A DNA stretch of 64,000 bases from Takakia lepidozioides (GCA_030704615.1 CM060731.1:54622001-54686000); one strand, 5' to 3'. Positions 49,547-63,060 are shown, counted from the stretch's first letter. Made by a program: numbers and translations. Notes: generated by a model not told the origin, from the sequence alone.

Positions 49547-50404
49547 GAGGTTTACTATTTCATGAGCAGAAACCATGAGCCATGAGCCATGAGCCATGAG
49601 CCGCATGAGCCGCATGAGCGGTGAGCCGAAGTCTAAGATACGCGGATTTCATGAGCGGACTCCTCCAAATTTGGAAATGCGGCAGATTAAACAAGTATTA
49701 AAATAATAGTTTTTTATTTGACCTTGCCGTTTTTGGACGTTCCAGATCATGTAATGCGGCGAAGATATGTCGTCAGTAACAAGTCCGCTCATGGTTTTAT
49801 AGATCCGCTCATGGAAATAAGTGACCGTGCAACGGGAAATCCAGTATACCACTGCAAAAGGACGTCGCATACTGGCCTGTATAGAGTATTCCGCGGTTTT
49901 ACATGCCTTAACATTGGAATGAAGCTGACCCTTTTGCCGCGATTGAACCAATGGAGTCTGCACCAATACAGTCTGCAGTACTTCACAATTCTGTCTTCTT
50001 CGGGTATTCGGCGGGAAAGGTTTGCAACTGAACTGGGAAATAGGGTGCCGCATTAGGGTTCGCACGTGCGAAATTTCGGAGCGGTTTGGTGTTGGCGAAG
50101 GCCGCCTCTGGGGGTACCTACGACGATACTTGGAAATTCGGCGCCGCATTTCCTTGTCGGAGGTCGAATGAGGAGAGCAAGTTTTCGGAAAGCAGAAAAA
50201 CATGAACCCTCCAACATACAAAAATACATGCACGTGGAAACAAGTGAACGATATAGTAATATCTTAGTTCGATCAAAACAGGTTACTGGTAGGCAAGACA
50301 TATGTCGGACCTTTCTGTGGCCAGAGTCTGAGGTACTGGCAGCAGTACAGTTCTACTATCCGAAAAGGATGGGCGTACCATTGTATGTGGACCGCAAGCC
50401 AAGC

Positions 50405-53400
50405 TCACTGGTCCCCTGGATCCATATTCAGAAGAGTGTGAACCTCCTGGGGGCTCAACCCTGGTGCATGTATGAAGTGATGAGTTGTGGAATTACAACG
50501 GAGTCTCTTTAGGTACACGTAGTACAAATGCTTGCAAGGGCAGTATGATGCCCCCTTGTTCGCCATGATCTGGAAGTCGGTGCAATTGCAGGTGGGTAAT
50601 TCTGAAATGGTGATGGTGTACACCTCATTGCGAACAGCTGAGCCCGCCGTGGCCATCTGATACACACGCCCGAATCCTGGTGGGGGCACTTCTGTCGAGC
50701 TCTGGATTGTACAGTTCATCCGAAGTGCATTCCCCATCCTTGTCTCGTTCACTTTTGAGGGAGGTCGCCGCCTCTTCGGTTTCCCCCAACGGTGTGTAGG
50801 ATGCTTAGAGCTGTCGTGTCCCATTGTTCTTGCTCTCACAGGGGTCGGTGGTGGAGGCTGTGGAAGCGGAAATGGTTGTCTGGGGACGTCAGTGCGCTGC
50901 ACCATCCGAAATCCTGCGGCGGTAAGGGCGTCGGCCTCAACCTGACTCAGATCGCAGCCTGGTTCCACCGGCCACACCGGGGGAGCCTCTGGCATTGTTT
51001 GTATGCCGTACTTGGGCTTTCCATACACGCAAGTCATAATGTCGTGCCTGCAGAACCAGAACTGGGTGGTTGTCGCCTCCGCAAACTTTGCATGGACAAA
51101 TCTTCCTGTAAAAGTAGGAGCAGGGACAGCCCCATCTGAATTCCTCCTTATCATCTCTAAACAACGTTGCCGTGTATCCACACGAATTGCGGAACACCTT
51201 CCTCGAAACGACGGCTTTGTGCGAGCAATTCTCCACTGTGATGCAGACACAGTCGTCTCCACAATGGCTTGGCCATACTGCATAACAGCGGGCGGAATGT
51301 GGGGCAAGGGAGCGGTGGGAATTTGTTGCACGAAATCCCCGGTTGAAGGCGACGGCGATCTGGAATTTCTTGGGCTTCCACTGCTGGAAGACACATTGTG
51401 CGGCAACATGACGGGACCTCGAGGTGCTGTCCGAATGTTCCTGTCGGATCTCCAGGAATCCTCTTCGCACCCGGGTTCCTCTTCAATCCTCCGCCTGACA
51501 GGGCGAGTCCGGACGTCCCCCTCTAGGTGTTCACCTCTGCGGTGCAGAGGCGTCCCTTTGATCTTCTCTCGCAATGCTGTCGCCCATTTCACTGGATTCT
51601 TGGACCTCGAAGCTGTTCGTACCAACAATTCCTCCCTGTCCGGCCCAAAGCCCCATTGTTTGCCGCTCAAGAACTTGTAGTACGTGGCTTGCTGCATGAT
51701 TGCTCTGTCGATGTCCTCCGTTGTGGCCGTGACTACGTCCACCAGATGTGCGGCAGAAGACGCTCGCCAGGAGGAGTGGACCGATTCTGCCATATTCGTG
51801 TTCGGCATGTCCGTGTCGGAATCCAAGCACCGCTCCTAGAAGGACACAAACAATGGTGAGGGACCAATCGAAATGTCCGTAACAGAAAGACAAATGAACG
51901 AAAATGACAGCAGCCTACCTCCCGCATGTACTGTCCGAACTGTCGATACCGAAAATGCCACCACCCCAACCAGCTGTGCAATGCTCCCAGATTGGTTGTC
52001 TCCACTGCACCTGACGTGTTCCACCAAGCCTCGATGATAGCAAACTTAACCTCCGCGTCATCAAATGTGGGTGCATCCTTCCACGCCGTACAAAGGACAC
52101 GGTGTTCAGCCTGGAATGAGCTAGCAACAAATTTGGTAGTATAGTGGGATAGACTCTGCATCCAATGGAATCCACAGGATCTCTCTTTCCCCTCCATTGG
52201 AACATTGGGGTCCTCACCGTACACACGCCGCACCGCTGCCCAGTTGGCCTGAGCGTTGTCTGCCATGAATCCCCTGAAATTGGGCTCTGGCAATCCCGCC
52301 CTTGCCATCTGCTCGTTTATGCCCTCCCACAGATGCATCTCGGACTGTGTGTCCTCCCCTTTCATCTCGCAGATTGCAATCGTCATGAGCCTCTTGGAGT
52401 GATAGTCATAAACATGCGCACCCATAGTCACCCACTGATGGTTTGTAATTCGCTTGATGTGATCAAACATCACCCAAGCATTCGACAAGTTTCCAGTTGT
52501 CATGCGAGTGACCAAGTCGACTCCACTCCCAGGCCCACACGTCGACATTTTGAAAATGTAACAACGATCGGATTCGCTGCCTTGCCCTGGAAACCTGCTA
52601 CCTTGGATGTAGTCATATCCAGTCATTCGTTTCACCTCCAGGATTGAGTACAGTCCGACCCCCTGCCGAACTCCTGCTTGCAAGATACGATGTGATTCCG
52701 CACATTCGGACTACAAACGTGCGAGACGGACTCCAAGAGGTCACGCATCTCGTCTTCGGTCAAGGGCTCTCGGTCGGAACCATCTTCAGACATGATTTTG
52801 CCAAGAGCAATCTTGTGGGCTGCCTTCAGCTGAATCTGCTTTGGTCTGGCTCCGGGGCTCAATTTGACCTCCTCTTTTATGATGTCGTGTGCTTCCTGCA
52901 CAGCCTCACGCATGTTGCCTCTCGCCAAGGGGTGGCAGTGGACCCCAACGTGTATGCAAGCTCTAGTCAAGTCCGGGAGCAAATGGATAACGTAGTATTG
53001 CTTGGCTCTGCACATGGACATGCACGTCGGTGGTTCTTTGCAATGTGCACACTTGAAAGAACCCGCAGGAGCTTGGCTGGAGACAATGAATGGATGATGC
53101 GTTGTGCCAGTCCAATCCGTCTCGTTTCTCCGCCCTCCTTTGGAGAGAAAGTGGAAGCAGGTGGGATTGAGGCACCTCAGCTTCCCCGCACAGAGGACAT
53201 ATCGTACACGAACACCATCAGCAATTTTCGTGCTACTGGTCTTCGTCACACACCAGGGGTGTCCGTCATGCTTTCGATCCATGTCTGTTAACATCCCGGA
53301 GGATTTCTTTGACGAAGAAACAGGTGGAAACTCGAAGATGACATTGCCATCGACTTCGGGAGGCAGAAACGTTACCTTTCTAACTGGGAATTTGGCATAG

Positions 53401-54011
53401 TCGAGAGCAGCCAGCTCGGAGCGAGAACCATCGAGGTGATGTTGTCGTAGGAGCTGCACAATGGACCGGGTTGGAGTTATGCTCGAGGGCACATGCGTAG
53501 CACCTACAGAGACGTCCATGCCGGATTTGAACGACCGTGTGGAGGACATGGGTACCTCAATGCAATCATCTTCCTCGTCGGAAATGTCGAATACGTCCAC
53601 ACGAGAAGCTATGGAGGGTCTTGACGGTCCAGGTCGGGAATGATTATCGTTGCATACCTCTCTGTTGGCAGTGGCCGCCTCTCGGTTTCCGGACTCCTTT
53701 GTGGATGGTGTGGGCAGCGACTGATTCGGAAAGGGAATGGGCATTCCCACAGCTCGGTACAGGATGGTGTCTGACGGGGGAACGTGCCATTCGATTCCGC
53801 AACCTCCGTCGTTACCTAGCACGACAATGGTCTCGTCAACCTGTCCAGGAACATCCTTCCTTTCTTCTTCCAAATAAACTGTGCCCGGTTTGAGCTTGAA
53901 TTTGGAACAAAGGTAAGTTTCAGTCACTCTGCAAAGTCCTCCCTCGTTTGGGATCCAGGCTCTCCCAAGTTGCGGAGGACAGCAAACTATAGCGTAGGAA
54001 TTCGGAGCCAT
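50405..54011 (-). CDS. MULE-2 transposase (GCM-like, DDE, SWIM); frameshift at ~52660, intron ~51918-51837
   Basis: HDGHPWC, HVGVHCHP, WVMFDH, FMADN, SCGFHW, NMAESVH, CNCTDF..CKH; intron at the same position as in MULE-1. Confidence 0.88.
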
Positions 54012-54424
54012 CGAACACCGCACGGAGTTGGCAAGTGCGAGGTTCAGTATAGCGACAGACCAAGGCTCACAGGCACCATGCGGAGTCCATCGACGATTGG
54101 AAGTCGCACATTGAAGTGGAAAGTATTGTTTCAAGCTACATGCATGAAGGTGGGAGGTTTGATTCCATAGCCAGTGAGTATGACAATGATGGCCGATTCG
54201 GCGACGAAATAACATCTCCTGACAGTTTCTCCTGAGGGTGGATCCAGCAGTATTCTCGGTGCAGACAGGAACGTTCGCACTGACAAGTGCCAGGACTGCT
54301 GGTTAAAACGGTCAGACAACCAAGTTGTGCTCATCAAGACTGGCCGCAATTGTGTTGTTTCGGAACAATGCAATCCATTCAGGTTCCAAATTTCCCGTCC
54401 CGATTGATTCTTTCGATTGCCGGT

Positions 54425-56720
54425 GGACGGAAATACGGCGCCGCATTTCCGTATTGCATCTTGGTCATGCACCAGAGCGACGGAAATGCGGCACCGAGTT
54501 TCCGTCCGGGGGAAACCTTTATACTCTCCAGAACGGAAATGCGGTAACGCATTTCCATCCAGCAAGCACGGTATGTGAAGGTGGAACGGAAATGCGGTAC
54601 CGCATTTCCGTTCTGATTGAGAATTATGAACAACGGGAACAGAAATGCGGCACCGCATTTCCATCCGAGTCGCACTTTTCCGACATTTCAGAACGGAAAA
54701 GCGGCGCCGCATTTCCATTTTGTATATGATGAATGGAGCTGAGGGATAGAAATGCTGCAGCACATTTCCGTCCTTAAAAGACATTCATACTCTCCAGAAC
54801 GGAAATGCGGTACCGCATTTTCATTCAACAAGCACGGTATGTGAAGGTGGAACGGAAATGCGGTACCGCATTTCCGTTCTGATTGAGATTTACGAACAAC
54901 GGGAACAGAAATGCGGCACCGCAGTTTCGTCCGAGTCGCACTTTTCGACATTCCAGAACGGAAATGCGGCGCCGCATTTCCATTTTGTATCTGATGAATG
55001 GAGCTGAGGGATAGAAATGCTGCAGCACATTTCCGTCCTTAAAAGACATTCATACTCTCCAGAACGGAAATGCGGTACCGCATTTCATTCAACAGCACGG
55101 TATGTGAAGGTGGAACGGAAATGCGGTACCGCATTTCCGTTCTGATTGAGATTTACGAACAACGGGAACAGAAATGCGGCACCGCATTTCCGTCTGAGTC
55201 GCACTTTTCGACATTCCAGAACGGAAATGCGGCGCCGCATTTCCATTTTGTATCTGATGCATGGAGCCGAGTGCGATTCCGACAGCTTCATACAACGCAA
55301 TTCCGACCGCTTGAGACATTCATACTATCCAGAACGGAAATGCGGCAACGCATTTCCGTTCTGACTGAAAATCGTGAACCATCTGAACTAAAATGCGGCA
55401 CCATATTTCCATCCGAGTCGCACCAACCAACATTCCAGAACGGAAATGCGGTACCGCATTTCCGTTCTGACTGAAAATCGTGAACCGTCGGAACTGAAAT
55501 GCGGCAACGGATTTCCATCCGAGTCGCACTTCCCAACATTCCAGAACGGAATGTATTAGATTCAAAAGGGAAATGCGGCACCGCATTTCCGTTCTGACTG
55601 AAAATCGTGAACCATCTGAACTAAAATGCGGCACCATATTTCCATCCGAGTCGCACCAACCAACATTCCAGAACGGAAATGCGGTACCGCATTTCCGTTC
55701 TGACTGAAAATCGTGAACCGCCGGAACTGAAATGCGGCAACGGATTTCCATCCGAGTCGCACTTCCCAACATTCCAGAACGGAATGTATTAGATTCAAAA
55801 GGGAAATGCGGCACCACATTTCCGTTCTGATGAAATATCCTGAAACCTCGGAACTGAAATGCGGTACCGCATTTCCGTCGGAGTCGCACCTTCCGACATT
55901 CCAAAATGGAAATGCGGCGCCGCATTTCCGTTTTGTATGTGAGGCACGGAGCTGTGGAACGAAAATGCGGCACGGCATTTCCGCCAGCGTCAGACGTTAA
56001 TACTCTACAGAACGGAAATGCGGTACCGCATTTCCATTCTGACTGAAAATCGTGCGCAACGGAACAGAAATCCGGCACCGCATTTCCGTTCTAGTCGCAC
56101 CTTCCGACATTCTAGAACGGAAATGCGGCGCCGCATTTCCGTTTTGTATATTGGGCCTAGAGCTGTGCTACGAAAATGTGTAGCAGCATTTCCATCCATG
56201 TGAGACCTTCAAAGTTTCCGGACCGGAAATGCGGCACCGCATTTCTGTCCAGGTGAGACCTCTATACTTTCCGAACGGAAATGTGGCACGGCATTTCCAT
56301 TCATCATCTAACGGATGTGAAGTGGGAACGGAAATGCGGTACCGCATTTCCGTTCACATTGAAAATCATGAACCACGGGAACAGAATGTTGTGCCTCATT
56401 CCCGTCCCAATCGCACCTTCGACATTCCAGAACGGAAATGCGGCGCCGCATTTCCCTTTTGAATCTCATACTTGGAGCTGTGGGACGGAAATGCGGCACC
56501 GTATTTCCGTTCAACAACTAAGGTATGTGAAGGTGGAACGGAAATGCGGTGCCGCATTTTCTTCCAACAAGTACGGATGTGTAGCTTCGTGATGGTACTT
56601 AACGGAAATGCGGCGCCGCATTCGCATTTTCGCTCCAACTCATCAGACGCTGGGACGGAAATACCTTGAAATGTGAACACGTGGAGCAACGGAATTGCTG
56701 CACATGTCGGCACTCTATCT
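54425..56720. repeat. Array of ~40 palindromes GGAAATGCGG-NN-CCGCATTTCC at ~53-bp period with higher-order duplications
   Basis: Copies at ~54482, 54535, 54588, 54642, 54695 etc.; blocks of ~265 bp and ~237 bp are duplicated. Confidence 0.93.
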
Positions 56721-57060
56721 GACTGAAGGGGCATGAGGCGGCGCGGCCTGACCGTTCGATAATGATGTTTGTTTTTCGGACGGCAGGCGTACCCTCAACG
56801 ATTCGAATTTCGTAATGACGCAAACTCCCGAGGAGACACTTTCGTCCAACCCTTTCGAACCCAAGTGGTGCATCACCGCCGTTTCATCTACTTTTGTAGT
56901 GTCTCCTCAGTCACCCCTCTCGCGCCCTTTCCATCTGCACTCTTTGGCCCTTTTTCCTCTCTCTGTTCTTCTTATGCTCGAACCTGAGAGGGGGGGAGTT
57001 CGTGCACCAGCCAGGAGACCTCGTCGCAAGCTCCGGAAATTATACTTCGGACGTAGGCCA

Positions 57061-60000
57061 ATGCCGAAGGGGAGGAAGCAGATGCGTCTACAGGAGGAGA
57101 TTGCCATCTCCGAGCAGCAGGCCACTCAGGCAACCCAGCCACCAGTGAGAGCTCCATGCGATCGGGCTGCGCGCAGCTGATCGAGCACCGAACCCCCCAT
57201 TTTGCTTCTGTAATTCTTAGACTGAATGCTAGGAGACTTGAATGCAGAACATGTTTGCATGCCTAACATGAAAGGTGGACGTGCTGGAGGGATCGCAGGA
57301 ATCCGAAGAGCCGCAGGAAGAGTCCGAGGAGCTAGCTGCAGCACGTACACCCACCCGATCCCCGAGCGCGGGTATTCCTGCCGGGCCTAGCCCTCTGCGA
57401 TTCAAAGACGCGTCTTCGAAGGGCAAGTTCAAAGTCCCAGAGATCGACTCGCGTTCTTCGGTCATGGAGAATCGCCAGCAGGGGTCGGGCCCTTCTCCAG
57501 CAAAGTCGAAGAAGAAGCAGCCCGTCCCTCTACTGGCTTCTGAACCGGCTCAGGCCGATTCACCCCCCCCAACGCGAATGAAGCAGCAGGGTAGAAGACA
57601 GATTCAATTGCAGCAGACACCTTCACCTGCAAGGATGAGGAAGCAGAAGGCAATCAGGGCGACGGGCGAACAATCTCCCGCAAAACCGCTTCCACGAGCT
57701 GAAGCTCAGTTCCTGGAGGATTTCCCGCCTGCAGATGTTGGGGCCGACTCTGCTGCAGCGAAGGCAATGGGATCGACCGTTGATCTCGATTTGGTACCGG
57801 AGGAGGGTGCTGCCGCTCAACTTTCGCAGCAAGACCTCACCACCGATGAGCAAGCAGGCCCGGAGGAGGCCTCTGCAATGGCAGAATTGCCCGCAGACAG
57901 GCCCCAGAGTGCAGCTCCAGTTGAGGATGCTCCAGCTGCTCAGCCACTACCGGCACCTACAGACATGTCTCCGGAGGATTTCAAAAGTGCAGCGGATAAA
58001 ATGTTGGAGGAGACACACAGTAGCATTGGCAGAGTTCTGGGCAGCAGGGTATTCCAGCGGACTCTTTGAATCCCACTCTGTCGCATGGTCTCCCTTCCCA
58101 TCGTCAGGCAGGCCCTTCCCGGAGATGTGGATAAGCTCAAGTTCGCATTTCGAGAAGGGTACCGTCTGGGATCGGCAGCGTTTTACGTTTCCATTGAGAA
58201 TGAGGACGGCGAAACTCGTGGACCCACTGCCGATGAATTGTCAACGTGGGATACCCACTGGCACACTCGCAACCACGAATTCGAGGCGACGCTGAAGGGT
58301 GATCCGACTTCGGCCATATGTCGGGTAAAATGTTCTTTGTGTGGGACGGGAATCACCGACTTCTCGCCTGGTGGGAGTACATCAAGCAGAACCATGCCAA
58401 GCACATTGGCTGGCATTACATGGTGGAGTGTGTCATCCTCAAGGTGAAGGCGGCAGACTCCTCCCTGCTCAAGAATGCCATGCCGGACCTCAACTCGTAA
58501 GATACTCATACCCTCCCTAGCACGTTCGAAATGCGGTGCCGCATTTCGGTTTCCATTCTGGTTTGTTTCCGTGCTTCCGTGTACTGAACTGGAGAGTGTG
58601 CCTTGCAGGGTCACTGAAAATGCGTACGTGCATACCCACATGGCACACATGCTGTACAGGGTGAGGAAAACTGGTCTCACTGATCCGCAGATGTTTGCGG
58701 AAATGCTGGAGCCCGAGCTCATTCAGAAAGCCGTTGCAAAAACAGACCGGACATGGTATCGTCTCACTATGGATGGAATGGTGGAGGTGATATATGAAGT
58801 AAGTCGTCCTCCAATTTCCCTCTGCTCATCCTTCCCCAATTTTCAGTAATGTTTCCACATGAATCGAATGCAACGCTTCCACATGTTTTTGTTGGCAGTC
58901 AAACATCAAGCTAGATTTGGCCCATGCCAAACGCTTCTTCATGGAAAGTGAGGGGCAGGTGAAAACGTTGCAGTCATTGACTGAGCACTTGAAGGAAGCC
59001 GGTGTCAAGTCCAGAACCAAATACAAGTCAAAGCTTGTGAAGCTGGTGGCAATTGCAGATCCGGCACTTGGAAAGGACTTCATCCCCGAGATTGCAAAAC
59101 ACTATTCTCGGGCCATGCAGCCGACCATGCAATTGGAGAAACTGCATCACCTCTCAACGGCATGTGTGGAGGCGAAAGAGAAGGTGAGGTTTCAATGCAC
59201 TGAAGTTCCTTCCTAGCAATAGCCACTCTCTTCCAGCTCCTGACATTGGATCGGAAATGGCAGACACGGTGGCTGTCGATCTGGAATGCATCCGAGAGCA
59301 TAAGGACAATGTGGTCTTTTCCACTCGAAGTTTCCGACCCTGCAGTGGATGTGTGGCTCAACCGCATGACTTGGTGGTTCCAGGTAATTCAAGGTACTTC
59401 CCCAGATTTGCTTTTCTGAAATGAATTCCCTGAACTGCTACGTGACAATGCATTTGGGAATCGCAGGTAATGTCGAATGCGAAGGAGCAAGTCGTAATGC
59501 ACACAAATTCGTTCGGCTTGTACGTCAAATGGGATGGAACACAGACATTGGAAGACTACGTGACACGTTTCAGATGTGCGTACAAGGACAACCTTTTCGC
59601 CAGAGAGCTACAGACAGCAAGAAGGAGCGTGGAGTTTACACATCAGGAGGGAGCGGGGAAAGCTGCAATGCGAATTGTTTACAGGTGAAGCACAGCTGCC
59701 CTTGTATGCGAAGCCTGGTTACGAGGTTTGTCTCGGAAATGCGGCACCGCATTCGCATTTTATGTTTTCGGTGGCACTCTGCCAGTAGGTTGGTCTCAAG
59801 TTTTGCTCACGCATGCTGACTGCCTTGCAGGTATATGAAATACGTGCTCCTTCAGACAGGGGCCCTGGCTCAAGAGCCCCCCTTCTTCATGGCTTGGACC
59901 GTGGCGGACCCAAGCTGTGTCTACACACCCGAGATGCAGAAACAATGGCATCCCGCGCATCTCGTTGGATGCCCGTGGTACCTGGACATGTCTGGCGGTA

Positions 60001-62182
60001 TTGTTGACGAGTCTGAGAAAGATCTGCACGCCTTGGCAGAAGAGAAGAGAAAGGAAAGACGTGTCCCTGCTGGGCCAAAGTCGGCAAAGGAATCTGCTGC
60101 TCTGGAAGAATCCAGAAAGGCAGCTGAGATGGCACAAAAGACGGTGGATGCAGCTGTGCAGGCCCAACAGAAGGGGTCGAAGAAGAGGACTCGCCAGCAA
60201 GGAGCAGCTGTTGTGACACCTGCCAAAACGAAGAAGCAGAAACAGCCTGTTCAGGAAGAGGGTGAGGAAGAGGACTCCGATGGAGACTTTGCAACCAGCC
60301 CACCCCCCAAACGCAGGCTGCCTCCCTGTGCCCACCGTTGTCACGAGAGGCACGAGAACTGGCTCGGCAAAGAAGGCACTCTTCAACCCCCCAGGGGGGC
60401 ACCCTTTCGAGCCGGTGGAAATGAAGAGGCCGAAAGTGGCTCCCGAAACTGTAGTCCAGTGTGTAAATGAGAGTTTCTTGGCGGCTTTGGATGGACGGGC
60501 AGCCAAGTTGGCATACCTGAAGACCATGGAGGGTCTGAAGGGCAGAGCACTGAAGAAGGCGACTGCCGAAGAGCCTTCCGACACCCCAGGATTTCAGAAT
60601 ATGGTCTCGTTCTTTGAGAGGGTGTGTGCAGACAAGGATTGTAGGAGGGGCGGAAATGCCACCGAGTGGTCTTGCGATATGATCATCTTGGATATTCCGG
60701 ACGGAGAGCCTGTGGAAGGACTGCAAGCTTTGCCATCTTGGAACAGGTACTCGGAGGACTTTTGGAAGAAAGGATTCGGGCTTGCCCGCATGGTGTTGGA
60801 CGACAGAGGCTGTGTGGTTGTCCTGGCGAGCAGAGGAAAAAACACTCAGACAGGAATTGCGAAGTGGACCCGCAAGAGCGCCGTCCCGATTCTGAAAAAG
60901 AAGTGGACGTGCATCAACACACTGGGCCTTCGGTCGGAAGGGAAGAAGGTGATTACGACACTGGCACTCGTCCATTCATTTGCTTGGGTGTTTTCAAATG
61001 CGGTGCCGCATTCGGTTTCTAATCGTTTTCCCCCTGTGTATGCAGACGAAGCAGTTCGATGCATACTGCTTTGTGAAGGAGAACTCCACCTTTGCTTTCC
61101 GGAAGGAGGGAGGAAAGGTTGACCCGAACTGCGACCCACTCGATTACGACGTTCTGTTCAACAACGTTCCCAAGGAACTTCTCCCTCATAGCCTCACTTC
61201 AACGGAACCCCTGCGGTACTCACGGACTCGGAGCCCTGCCTTCATTCAGACAATTATGGAGACATGCACAGACGTGGAGGGCACAGTGCTCGACCTCATC
61301 TGTGGGACAGGTATGCAGAATCTTGATCTCTGCTGTTCTGCAAATTCTCGTTAGGATGTAGTTCGCAACATCTGAAGCGCCATGTGGTAATGTGTGGATG
61401 GCATTGTAACAGGTGCCTCAATGTGGGCTGGGCGGTTTTCCGACCGGCACCTCTTTGCCTACGAGGAGGATTCATCCGTGTGGGGATCCCATCTGGAGGG
61501 GCTGCAACGGAATGTGAAGGCTCCCGACAGAGCCGAAGTCTCCTCGGATTCGTCAGAGTCCGAGGAAGACACAGTGGACATTGATGCGGAGGAGAACCCG
61601 GAATACGAGTGAGTGCAAACATTGTAAGTTTGCAAAGCCTTCTGGGTCATTTATGTCAAACGAATTTCCCGACTGTGGTTCTCATTAGTCTCGTTGATGA
61701 TTGTCATGTGCAGGATTGCAGGGTCCGGGTCGAAACATGTAGGGCCTACACTTCCTGCCAGGAAGAATGTCCCGTTCTTTGCGAGGGCCGATTTCATGAC
61801 GAGCCCGGTGAGGGACTACTCCCTTCCTAGTTATGCAGCTAAACTCGCAAATACAGCGATTAGAAGAAGTGAGAATCCCAGTAAAGTAGAGCAGATTTTG
61901 GAGAGGGCTAGGGAGGACAGAAGGATAAGGAAAGAGTTGGCAGCAGCTCAGACAGGTAGACGGGTACGAAAGTACATATGTGATTCAGCGGATGAGAGCG
62001 ACGCAGACAGGGAGGAAGACGACCCAACGGAGGTGAGATGGACAGTTCCGCAAGGGGAAGATGGGATTTTCGAAAGCCTGGCCAACGAGCAGTCCGCTGG
62101 AGATGAGAGAGGCACTGAGGGGGTGGAGGAGGAGCAGGACAGTCTAGAACAGGATGAGGATTCGGATAATTTTCAAGATTAA
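57061..62182 (+). pseudogene. Second ParB/Srx-like + beta-class amino-methyltransferase-like multi-exon gene (stop at 58067, frameshifts at ~58310 and ~60300)
   Basis: FFVWDGNHRLLAW (58345), DMIILDIPDG (60691), VLDDRGCVVV, RTRSPAFIQTIMETCTDVEGTVLDLICGT^GASMWAGRFSDRHLFAYEED; exon-by-exon homology with 34222-38341. Confidence 0.8.
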
Positions 62183-62314
62183 TAGAATTTTAATGAAGTC
62201 TCTGTAAATGTAAATTCTCTTCCAGAGTATATAAAGGAAATTCTGCCCGACATTCGTGACCCCTCTCCAGTGTGCATTCCAGCCACACAATCGCCCAAAC
62301 CACGACGCTCCCAA

Positions 62315-63060
62315 AATCGGAAATGGGGCACCGCATTTCCAAAACAGGGGAACTCTAAGAACCTCTTTTCGAAATGCGGCACCGCATTTCCAAAACAGGG
62401 GAGGGACTAAATTTTCCATTTCAATCTTGGCATAGTAAAAAGTAATCTGAATTGGAAATGCGGTGCCGCATTTCCAAAATTTCCTTTGTCCACACGCCAG
62501 TTTTGGCCTCTCCCACTCATTGCATGGATGCCACCACGCTTACAGAGGTCGAACAACGAGGTCGAACAAGGAGGTCGACATGGTGGGATTGAAAATGCGG
62601 TGCCGCATTTCAGTATTGGGGATGGTCGTTGTTCGAACTGCAGGCCCATCAGCAAAAAATTGGCACCGCATTCCATTGTTAAATAAAAGTCGATGACGGA
62701 CATGGAAATGCGGCGCCGCATTTCCAGAACGGACATCGCAATTTGTCCATCTGCAGACCCTCTCTCGGAAATGCGGTAACGCATTCCATCGCGCTGGTCG
62801 GAAATGTCACACTTTTCGAAGTGTTGTACGGAAATGCGGCACCGCATTCCCTTGTCCAAAAAGAAGTTTCCATTGCCAAGCTGGAAATGCGTCGCCGCAT
62901 TTGCAATGCCAACCTCGTTTTCTGATCAATTTATAGACCCGTGTTGGTATTTCGTGTACCTGGACGGAAATGATGCACCGCATTTCGATGTCCGACATGG
63001 AAATGCGGTGCCGCATTTCGGTGCCGACATGGAAATGCGGCGCCGCATTTCGATGTCCGA
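62315..63060. repeat. Second cluster (~12 copies) of the GAAATGCGG-NN-CCGCATTTC palindrome
   Basis: Copies at ~62371, 62454, 62704, 62830, 63000 and 63031, among others. Confidence 0.88.

Noticed and set aside
54425-56720. CRISPR-like look: ~22-bp palindromic repeat with ~30-bp intervening sequences
   Set aside because: Intervening sequences are related to each other and duplicated in blocks, repeats vary and also occur singly in introns, there are no cas genes, and the context is a eukaryotic TE.
54131-56823. Many overlapping ORFs with GNAAPHF / EMRRRIS / KCGTAF motifs
   Set aside because: Translations of the palindromic DNA repeat in all frames and on both strands; no evidence of coding.
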